This document shows positions 10,209-19,200 of a stretch of DNA of 64,000 bases, one piece after another. The position numbers and the translations under genes were made by a program. The notes beneath the pieces were generated by a model. It saw nothing but the letters and a program-made list of their open reading frames with translations. It made no database searches and was not told the DNA's origin. Location: contig CAJYKU010000018.1 in NCBI GenBank assembly GCA_913775175.1, forward strand, positions 78,573-142,572, in the 5' to 3' direction. The DNA comes from an uncultured Pantoea sp. Its GTDB lineage: Bacteria; Pseudomonadota; Gammaproteobacteria; Enterobacterales; Enterobacteriaceae. The first letter of the stretch is position 1; the number at the start of each line of letters is the position of its first letter.

Positions 10209-10720
10209 CAACAATCACTCTGCTTTCTGCTGCCGAAGCAGCAACCCACAACGCTGCGCTCGGCGATCTGTTACAGGCTTGTGTATCTGAGGGCGCCAGT
10301 GTGGGCTTTACCGATGCGAGTGACCGCGAGGCCATTCAGCATTTCTGGCAGGCGAAACTGGCGGACATTTCTGCTGAAACGGCACTGTTGCTGGTGGCGA
10401 TTCATCAGCAGCAGATTATTGCCACGCTGATACTGGGATTCAGTGTGATGCCAAATGGCCATCACCGCGCTGAGATAAGTAAACTGCTGGTTCACCCGCG
10501 TTACCGACGCCAGGGCATTGCGCGTCAGCTGATGCAGCAGGCAGAGGCGCTGGCGCAACGGCATGGTAAGACGTTGCTGGTGCTCGATACCCGCAGTGGT
10601 GATGCTGCCAGCACACTCTATCTGTCTCTGGGCTGGCAACGTGTGGGAGAGATCCCCGCTTACGCCTGCTCCACAGCGGGGGTGCTGGACGCTACTACGA
10701 TAATGTATAAGCAGCTGTAA
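10205..10720 (+). CDS. GNAT-family N-acetyltransferase
   Basis: RAEISKLLVHPRYRRQGIA, LLVLDTRSGD.A..LY..LGW. ATGA overlap with the XRE gene. Confidence 0.9.
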   Translation: MTTITLLSAAEAATHNAALGDLLQACVSEGASVGFTDASDREAIQHFWQAKLADISAETALLLVAIHQQQIIATLILGFSVMPNGHHRAEISKLLVHPRYRRQGIARQLMQQAEALAQRHGKTLLVLDTRSGDAASTLYLSLGWQRVGEIPAYACSTAGVLDATTIMYKQL

Positions 10721-10769
10721 CAGCAGGGGGAGCGTGAAAAAAGTCGCGCGAAAGCTGACGCTGCCTGGA

Positions 10770-10789
10770 TACTGTGTAAAAATACAGGC
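10770..10789. promoter_or_regulatory. LexA (SOS) box upstream of dinG
   Basis: TACTGTGTAAAAATACAGGC = CTGT-N8-ACAG, directly upstream of dinG, an established LexA-regulon gene. Confidence 0.85.
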
Positions 10790-10806
10790 TAATTTCACCA
10801 ACAGTA

Positions 10807-12948
10807 ATGACTATGGCCCTGACAGCAGCGATAAAAAGCCAGATTGCGCAATGGTACAAGGCGCTGCAGCAGCAGGTTCCTGATTTTATTCCACGTGCGC
10901 CACAGCGTCAGATGATTGCCGAGGTGGCAAAAAGTCTGGCGGGTGACGAAGGACGCCATCTGGCAATTGAGGCGCCAACCGGGGTTGGAAAAACGCTCTC
11001 TTATCTGATCCCAGGTATTGCCGTCAGCCGCGCCGATGAGAAGCGGCTGGTGATCAGCACCGCAAATGTGGCGCTGCAGGATCAGATTTTCAGTAAAGAT
11101 CTGCCGCTGTTAAAAACCATTATTCCCGATCTCACCTTTACCGCAGCCTTTGGTCGTGGTCGCTATGTCTGTCCGCGCAATCTGGCGGCGCTGGCGGCCA
11201 GCGATGATCAACAGGGCGACCTGCTGTTCTATCTGGATGAGGAAGCGGTAACCAGCTCCAAAGAGGAGCAGAAACGCTGTAGCCAGCTGGAGAAAAACCT
11301 CACCAGCCATAAATGGGATGGCCTGCGCGATCACGCGGAAGAGGCGATCGATAATAGCCTGTGGCAGCGCCTCTCCACCGACAAGGCTAACTGCCTTGCT
11401 CATCACTGCCGCTGGTATCGTGAATGCCCCTTTTTTGTCGCACGTCGTGAGATTGAACAGGCTGACGTGGTGGTTGCCAACCATGCGCTGGTGATGGCCG
11501 CTATGGAGAATGAGTCAGTGCTGCCGCCAGCTAAACAGCTGATGCTGGTGCTGGATGAGGGGCATCATTTGCCGGAAGTGGCCCGCGATGCGCTGGAGAT
11601 GAGTGCAGAGATCACGCCCGGCTGGAGCAGTCTGCAACTTGACCTCTTTATACGACTGGTAGAAAGCATTATGGCGCAGTTTCGGCCAAAATCACCGCCG
11701 CCGCTGACGCATCCTGAACGGTTAAAGCAGCATTGTGATGAGATGCGCGAACTACTGCAAACGCTGAGCCAGGCGCTGGAACCGCTTCTGCCGGCACACA
11801 ATCAACCCGGCGAGTTTCGTTTTGTTCTGGGTGAACTGCCGGAGACGCTGCTCACAATTTGCACCCGTCTGTTTAAGCTCAGCGACGCGCTGCGGGGACT
11901 GAGTGAAGGCCTGCTCAGTGAACTGGGAGAGCAGACGGGTAAAGCCGATATTATCCGCCTGCACCGGGCCATTTTGCAGCTCAACCGCCACTTTGGCTGG
12001 TTTGAATCAATCAGTAAGCTGTGGCGCCTGGCGGCAATGGAAAAAGCCTCTAATGCCCCGATATCAAAGTGGGTTACCCGCGAAATTCGTGAAGGTCAGG
12101 CGCATCTGCTGTTTCACTGTGCCGGGATCCGCGTCAGCGATCAGCTTGAGAAACTGTTGTGGCGTAAAATTCCCCATGTAGTGGTGACATCAGCTACGCT
12201 GCGTTCGCTTAACAGTTTTAATCGCCTGCAGGAGATGTCGGGACTCAATGAGAAAGCGGGCGATCGTTTTGTTGCACTGGACTCCCCCTTTAATCATGTT
12301 GAGCAGGGAAAGCTGGTGATCCCGCAGATGCGCTATGAGCCACTGTTAGCCAGCGAAGCAGAGCATATTGCCGAAATGGCGCGCTTTTTCCGGCAACAGA
12401 TGGCAGCAGGTCAGCATAAAGGTGTGCTGGTGCTGTTTGCCAGCGGACGGGCGATGCAGCAGTTTGTGGCGCTGCTGCCAGAATTGCGGCTTGCTATGCT
12501 GGTTCAGGGCGATCAGCCGCGTTCCCGTCTGGTCACTCTGCATCGGCAGCGGATTGAAGCGGGCAGCACCAGTGTGCTGGTAGGCCTGCAGTCATTCGCC
12601 GAAGGGCTCGATCTGAAAGGAGCATTGCTGTCGCAGGTGCATATTCACAAAATCGCTTTTCCCCCGATAGACACTCCGGTAATTTTGACCGAAGGCGAAT
12701 GGCTTAAGAGTCTGCGGCGTCATCCGTTTGAAGTACAGAGTCTGCCAAGCGCCTCTTTCACGCTGATACAGCAGGTTGGACGGCTGATCCGCAGTCACAA
12801 CTGCTTTGGGGAGATAGTGATCTACGATCGCCGTCTGCTGAGTAAAAGCTACGGCAGCCGTCTGCTGGCAGCACTGCCGATCTTTCCGATTGAGCAGCCT
12901 GCAGTGCCGGAAGAGAAGGCAGGCAGCAGACGTAAACGAAAAGCCTGA
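10807..12948 (+). CDS. dinG: ATP-dependent DNA helicase DinG
   Basis: IEAPTGVGKT, DEGHH, Fe-S cluster cysteines (YVC, NC..HC...ECP), QQVGRLIR. Confidence 0.97.
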   Translation: MTMALTAAIKSQIAQWYKALQQQVPDFIPRAPQRQMIAEVAKSLAGDEGRHLAIEAPTGVGKTLSYLIPGIAVSRADEKRLVISTANVALQDQIFSKDLPLLKTIIPDLTFTAAFGRGRYVCPRNLAALAASDDQQGDLLFYLDEEAVTSSKEEQKRCSQLEKNLTSHKWDGLRDHAEEAIDNSLWQRLSTDKANCLAHHCRWYRECPFFVARREIEQADVVVANHALVMAAMENESVLPPAKQLMLVLDEGHHLPEVARDALEMSAEITPGWSSLQLDLFIRLVESIMAQFRPKSPPPLTHPERLKQHCDEMRELLQTLSQALEPLLPAHNQPGEFRFVLGELPETLLTICTRLFKLSDALRGLSEGLLSELGEQTGKADIIRLHRAILQLNRHFGWFESISKLWRLAAMEKASNAPISKWVTREIREGQAHLLFHCAGIRVSDQLEKLLWRKIPHVVVTSATLRSLNSFNRLQEMSGLNEKAGDRFVALDSPFNHVEQGKLVIPQMRYEPLLASEAEHIAEMARFFRQQMAAGQHKGVLVLFASGRAMQQFVALLPELRLAMLVQGDQPRSRLVTLHRQRIEAGSTSVLVGLQSFAEGLDLKGALLSQVHIHKIAFPPIDTPVILTEGEWLKSLRRHPFEVQSLPSASFTLIQQVGRLIRSHNCFGEIVIYDRRLLSKSYGSRLLAALPIFPIEQPAVPEEKAGSRRKRKA

Positions 12949-13018
12949 GCGTCCGGCGTTATCGGTCGCTTGTTCCGGCCGCCCAACTGCGGCGCGCCCC
13001 GAGAGCAGGAAGCATAAA

Positions 13019-13987
13019 ATGGAACTGAACAAAATCATCAAAGAGATTGGGCGCGGTAAAAATCATGCGCGTGATATCGACTTTGACACGGCGATGGCAC
13101 TCTATAGCGCTATGCTGGCGGATGAGATACCGGATCTGGAGCTGGGCGCAGTACTGATTGCGCTGCGCATTAAAGGTGAGGGAGAAGCGGAGATGCGCGG
13201 CTTCTACCAGGCTATGCAGCAGCGTATGATGCAGTTGCAGCCGCCAGCTGGCCGCCCGATGCCGATTGTAATCCCCAGCTATAATGGCGCGCGTCGTCAG
13301 GGAAATCTGACGCCGCTACTGGCGCGTTTGCTGGTAAAGCTCGGCTTTCCGGTACTGCTGCATGGCGTTAGCGAGGATGCCACACGGGTTACCAGCGAAA
13401 GCGTTTTAGCAGCATCAGGTATTGCTGCGCTTACCAGTGCTGAACAGGCTCAGGCGGCACTGGATCGTAGCGATCTGGCTTTTATTACTATCGATCATCT
13501 CTGTCCGCCAATGGCCAGACAGCTGGCGCTGCGCTGGCGTATGGGGGTACGCAACAGTGCTCACACCCTGGCAAAACTGGCAACGCCTTTCGCCGGGCGT
13601 GACGCACTGCGCCTTGCCAGCGTCTCCCATCCGGAATATGTGCCGCGGGTTGGCGCATTTTTCCAGGCAATAGATGCACCCGCTATCTTGCTGAACGGCA
13701 CAGAGGGCGAGGTTTATGCTAATCCACAACGCTGTCCGGCAATAAACTATATTGCTGGTGCAGGCTATGATGCGCAGGTATGGGTCGAACGTCAGCCGGA
13801 AATCAGTGTGGCATTGCCCGCAAACAAAAGCGCAGAAGAAACGGCGCGCTGGAGCGACGAGGTACTCAGCGGAGAGCGTCCGGTTCCTCAGTCGCTGCGT
13901 CTGCAGCTCGCCTGCTGCCTGATGGCAACCGGCGAAGCGCCAGGCATAACAGAAGCCATGGCGCGGTTAACGCAGGCGGGGCTCTGA
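13019..13987 (+). CDS. ybiB: DNA-binding protein YbiB (TrpD-like fold)
   Basis: IIKEIGRGKNHARD, IPSYNGAR, GTEGEVYANP; downstream of dinG as in E. coli. Confidence 0.92.
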   Translation: MELNKIIKEIGRGKNHARDIDFDTAMALYSAMLADEIPDLELGAVLIALRIKGEGEAEMRGFYQAMQQRMMQLQPPAGRPMPIVIPSYNGARRQGNLTPLLARLLVKLGFPVLLHGVSEDATRVTSESVLAASGIAALTSAEQAQAALDRSDLAFITIDHLCPPMARQLALRWRMGVRNSAHTLAKLATPFAGRDALRLASVSHPEYVPRVGAFFQAIDAPAILLNGTEGEVYANPQRCPAINYIAGAGYDAQVWVERQPEISVALPANKSAEETARWSDEVLSGERPVPQSLRLQLACCLMATGEAPGITEAMARLTQAGL

Positions 13988-14111
13988 ATCGCCATTCTGC
14001 GTCTGTGCTGTAAGCCCGCTCCGGGCTAAGCATCGACGCTGTGAGAGGAGAAGCGGAAGCGGGCTGATAGCAGCAGCGTTGTAACCGGATAACAGGTAAG
14101 AGTGCAGCTGA

Positions 14112-15281
14112 TTAGCGGTGCGGTGTGCGGGAAGGCAACACGCTCTCTACCAGCTGCTGCCAGAAGCTGATGCCAACTGGCAGCAGGTCATCGTTGAAGT
14201 CATAGTTTGCATTGTGCAGCGGGGCAGAGGGTACTGCGCCATCCGCACCCAGCCAGAAGTAAGCGCCAGGACAGGCTTCCAGCATACAGGCAAAATCCTC
14301 AGAAGCCATAGAGGGGTTACACGCCCAATTTACCTGCTGCTCGCCAAATAGCCGCTCCGCTACTTCGCGAACCTGTTGCGCCGGCGCAGCGTGATTGGCA
14401 GTAACCGGATAACCAGGATACCAGTGAATTTCACCGCTAACGCCAAACGGACGCGGCAGCGCGGTAACAAACTCTTCTATCAGCTCACGTACCCGTTTGC
14501 GCACCTCAGGCTGCAGGCAGCGCACGGTGCCGCGCAGCGTAATCTGCTCCGGAATAACATTAATCGCCTCACCACCATGGATTTGTGTCACGCTGACCAC
14601 GGCAGAGGCCAGTGGCGAAAGACGTCGCGCGGGAATAGTCTGCAGAGCCAGTACCAGCTCAGCTGCTGCAACCATGGGATCAGCACCACTCTCCGGCATT
14701 GCCGCATGGCAGCTCCGTCCGTTCAGGGTGATTTCAAACGCATCAAGTGAGGCCATCATCGCGCCGGGATTTACTGCCAGCGTACCCAGCGGCAGTCCGG
14801 GCCAGTTATGCATCGCATAGATTGCGTCCATGGGAAAACGTGAAAACAATCCCTCATCCACCATACGGCGCGCACCGCCAAGATTCTCCTCTGCGGGCTG
14901 AAACAGAAAATGCACCGTCCCCGAGAAGTTGCGTGTAGCAGCCAGCGCGCAGGCAGCGGCCAGCAGAATTGCAGTATGCCCGTCATGTCCACAGGCGTGC
15001 ATAACACCGGGGCGGGTCGACTTCCATGCCACACCGCCTTTTTCCGTTATGGGCAGTGCATCCATATCGGCACGCAGACCAATCACTGGTCCTGAACCAT
15101 TGTGCAGCGTACCAATTACGCCAGTGCCCGCCAGCCCGCGAAATACCTGCAGACCTGCCTGCGTGAGAACAGCGGCGACCAGGTCGCTGGTCTGCTGCTC
15201 CTGATACCCCAGTTCAGGTGCCTGATGTAACTGACGACGCCACATTACGGCATTTTCCAGCAGGGCGGCATTCAGGCTCAT
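14112..15281 (-). CDS. M20-family amidohydrolase (Acy1/hippuricase-like)
   Basis: RRQLHQAPELG, LRADMDALP, MHACGHDGH, FQPAEE, SEDF and LHN motifs. Start at MSLNAALL is inferred. Confidence 0.92.
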   Translation of the reverse strand: MSLNAALLENAVMWRRQLHQAPELGYQEQQTSDLVAAVLTQAGLQVFRGLAGTGVIGTLHNGSGPVIGLRADMDALPITEKGGVAWKSTRPGVMHACGHDGHTAILLAAACALAATRNFSGTVHFLFQPAEENLGGARRMVDEGLFSRFPMDAIYAMHNWPGLPLGTLAVNPGAMMASLDAFEITLNGRSCHAAMPESGADPMVAAAELVLALQTIPARRLSPLASAVVSVTQIHGGEAINVIPEQITLRGTVRCLQPEVRKRVRELIEEFVTALPRPFGVSGEIHWYPGYPVTANHAAPAQQVREVAERLFGEQQVNWACNPSMASEDFACMLEACPGAYFWLGADGAVPSAPLHNANYDFNDDLLPVGISFWQQLVESVLPSRTPHR

Positions 15282-16278
15282 AAGCAGGGCTCCATCAGCA
15301 GCGCGCTTTTCAGCGCAGGTAATTGAATAACCACTGTAGTGATATGAAACAGGAGCGTCTATCGTCAAAAGGAATAATTTTGCTATAGGATATAGCGTAT
15401 TCGAATAAATCAGGGCGCGCTTACCGGGCTGTTTTAGCATCGGCAGCATAAGCTGATGCCGCTCCGCGCGTGACAGCATGGTGGTATAACCGGCGTCTGC
15501 GCGCCACATCACATAGCTATGTATTGTTATAAAACCCATTCCGGCCGGGCATCTGCTTCCGATGTGGCGCCATATACCACCATCCTGCCGGCGTATGGCG
15601 GACAGCCCGTGCCGACGTCACCGCCGTGATGCAGACTCAGTCAGACTGGTTCAGTACCGATGAGAATAACGCCACAGCAACCATGAGCTTCAGTGCTAAA
15701 CGTGCCCGGATTTTACCGGGCTGAATCAGCAGGATTTTATCTGTTCGCTATTGTCTGGCTAATAAGACAGAGTTATCCGGTTGATGAGTTATGACGAACA
15801 GAGGGTGCTGTTAACAGTTTAACGTTGCGGCTATCTCCAGGCACTCAGATTCGGAACGAATAAAACTATAAGCTATTTAATATGGCAGTGATAATTGGGC
15901 AGGGGCGGGCGTTTTATTTTTTTTATTATTTTATCGGCGTCAAACGATATCAGTCAGATAATTTTGTTATGAAGTATTGATTAGCACAAATATAGGCTTT
16001 CTCAATTTTCTTTCACGTAAATAGTTTGCAGTTGATTACTATGCGCCATCTCTTTTTTTAACTAAGAAATATCTGCTATGGCAGGTAAAAAGAGTGATAA
16101 TTGGCTGAAGTTTCCATGAGTTGTTACTTTTTCATAAAATATCAGCGTTTAATCAACTACTACAAAAAGTAATGAGAACCTCACACATATATCCTGATTG
16201 GGATATGGATTTTGAGCGCCATCTGGAAACTAATAAGCATAACTGTGAGTTTATTTGTTTAATAATGGATGCAGCATA

Positions 16279-19200
16279 ATGTCCTCTGTTTCTTGCTTTT
16301 CTTTACGTCAGAAATTATCCGCCTGGGTAGTTCTCTTGCATTATTTGTTTTCTATCTTTTTGCTCACGGTTCCTCCCGTGGCACGGGCGCAAAATACCCC
16401 TCAGGAACAGGTTAAAATTGAAAGCAACTCATCTCTGCGGGATAAACTGGCGGGTATATGGGGAAGCGCCCAGCAAAATGGTGCAGGTAATGCCCTGCGC
16501 GGCGCGGCAGGTAGCGAAGTAAATGCCGCGTTAACGCAGGAAGTGGAAGCGTGGTTAAACCGCAGCGGCGGGAAGGCGCGTGTTACGGCAGATGTCGGTA
16601 TCGGCGGAAGTGATAACCGCGATTTCGGGCTGGATTACCTGTGGCCGGTTAAAAACTGGCAAGACGACACATTGTTTACTCAGATAGGCGCACACCGCTG
16701 GAATGAGCGCGATATCCTCAATGTTGGCCTTGGCTGGCGGCACACCTTTAATCCGCATCTGCTGGGAGGGGGAAACCTCTTTTTTGACCAGGACCTGACG
16801 CGCCATCATAAACGGATGGGTGCAGGTGCTGAACTGTGGAGCGAGCGTGTTCGTGCGTCAGCGAATTACTATCTGCCACTGAGTAGCTGGCGTCATTCCA
16901 GCGACAATATGTTTAATGACGATCCTGACCGTTATCAGCTGTACGAACGCGCTGCCCGCGGCTGGGATCTCAATGTTGAGACGGCGCTTTCACAGCACGT
17001 CGCGCTCAAAATGGATTGGTTTCAGTGGTATGGCGATAAAGTGGATGTTAATGGCAGCCGCAGCCAGGCCAGCCGCAATCCGCACGGGCTTAACCTGGGG
17101 CTTAAGTGGCAACCCATACCGCTGGTGGGAGTGAATGCAGAGCAGAGCATGATCAGTGGCCAGCGGAATAACTTCGCTGTAGGGCTGAATTTCCGCTGGG
17201 AGTTTGGTCGCAGTCTCTCTGAAATGCTGGCAAGCGAAAACGCAACGGCGCTGCCATCGCTAATGCAGTCCCGCACGGAATTCGTTAATCGTAATAATAA
17301 TATTGTTCTCGCATACAAACAGGAAGAAAAAGACAGACGCCTCTATTTCAGTCCAGCGGAACTCGCAACGCCGGCTGGTGTACCTCTGCTTCATGCAGTA
17401 AAAGGTGGGCAGGGGGGCATCATTAACTATGTATCCTCTAATGCAACAATCGCCTCCGTGGAGACAGGCAGTGGGCTGGTAAATCCCACGCATCGGGGTG
17501 ATGTCACCATTATCGCGACAGAAAGGTCACCTCTCGATCCTGAGCATGTGCTGAGTTCTGCCAGCTATCATCTGACCATAACACCAGGCGACTTTGCACC
17601 TTCCGTCGATAGCGTTGCTATCAGGGGGGAGATGTCACCCGGCAAAATTCTGACAGGTAGCTACCTCTATAAAAACAATGAAGGGGAAGATGAAGATCCC
17701 AGCCAGACTCAGCTGCGTTGGTATGACGCAGATACCGGTGAGGTACTTAAGGAAGGTCACGCTGCTGAGAAAGATAGTGCGTCGTATCAGGTGCAAACGC
17801 ATGACATGACCCGCAGCGTGGTCTTTGAGGTCAGGCCGGTCAATAAAAAAGGTCTGTCCGGGGAAAGCGGGACAGCGAAAATTTCTGGTAGCGCCACGAT
17901 CACTACCCTGCGTATCGATCATCTGCTTTCGCCGGGTGAAATCCGTCATGACGGCAGCGTAAAATTCTTTGGAGAAAGTCACGGTGAGCTATTGCTGTTA
18001 GCGCAGGTAAGCGATAGCCAGGGTGTACCTCTGGCCGATCAAAAAGTGTACTGGCAGAGCCGTAACTCGCTTGGCACGTTATCGCAGAATAGCGTGCGTA
18101 CCGATCAGCATGGAGAGGCGCTGGTCAAATTTAAAAACATCATGGCATCCGGAACGGATGAAATTATCGCCTCACTGATCCCGCCTGCGGAGATCCAAAG
18201 TAAAGTCAGCAGTAAGATCGCCCAACAAAAGATGATCCCACTGGTTGTTGATTTTTCCTACCCACTTACCATTCGGTTTGTGGAGTCGCCCAAACGTGCA
18301 GAAGTTGCTACAGCAAAGACATTCACCATTGAAATCATCGATCAGGATGATAAGCCTGTGACGGGTGAAAAAAATGTTTCATGGAGCAGTAACGGTGAAA
18401 CCCTGAACAGCAAAACAGATAGCAAAGGAAGAGCATCCATCGTACTTAACGCGCCACAAAAAACTGCAGAAAAGTGGGTGGTAAGCGCTAACGTGGGTGG
18501 CGTCAGTAGCCCCTCAGCAACGGTAAACCTTGTTGCGGGACCTGTGGCAAAAGTTGTGCTGGATGTTCCGGAAAACGCAGTTGCAGGCAGTGCGGATAAA
18601 ATCGTGAGTGCACAGCTGTATGACAAATTTGACAACGCAGTAACCAGCCGTAAACAAGCTATCACCTGGCGGATTGAAGGCAGCCAGTTTCGGGAAGCGC
18701 CTGCCGGAGATAGCGATGAGCAGGGCAAAGTCAGTGCAACAGTCATTGTGCCTGAAAAAGCACCATCGCAGGTAAAAGTTTATGCCGGAGACGAGCAGAA
18801 AACTATCAATGTCAATGCCGGAAAAGTCGTTTATATCGAACTCAATGGCTCACCAGATACGCTGAATGCCAATGGCACCAGTACGTCTCTTCTGACGGCT
18901 ATTGCACTGGATGAGCACAATAACAGCGTGCCAGAGGTACCCGTAAAATGGACGTTGATCACTCAGAAATTTGGTGCGCTGAGCGAACTGAGCGAGAAAA
19001 CAGATGCGAGTGGCAAAGCGACGGCAATGTTTACTACCGCATCAGCGGGGGGCAATGCGCAAATTGAGGTCGACATTGATGGCCAAAAACAAACGACTCA
19101 GCTGACGCTCAACGGTTATCCGATTATCAACAGCATCACGCTGAATAAAACTGCCGGTCTGAAGACAGGTGATACGGTACGCGTGGATAAGGCAGAGGTG

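Noticed and set aside
15282-15539. 86-aa N-terminal extension of the amidohydrolase ORF (likewise the long upstream extensions given for ybiB, idi, the carbonic anhydrase, dacC and the efflux adaptor)
   Set aside because: Family homology and RBS positions point to downstream starts. The extensions are longest-ORF artefacts.
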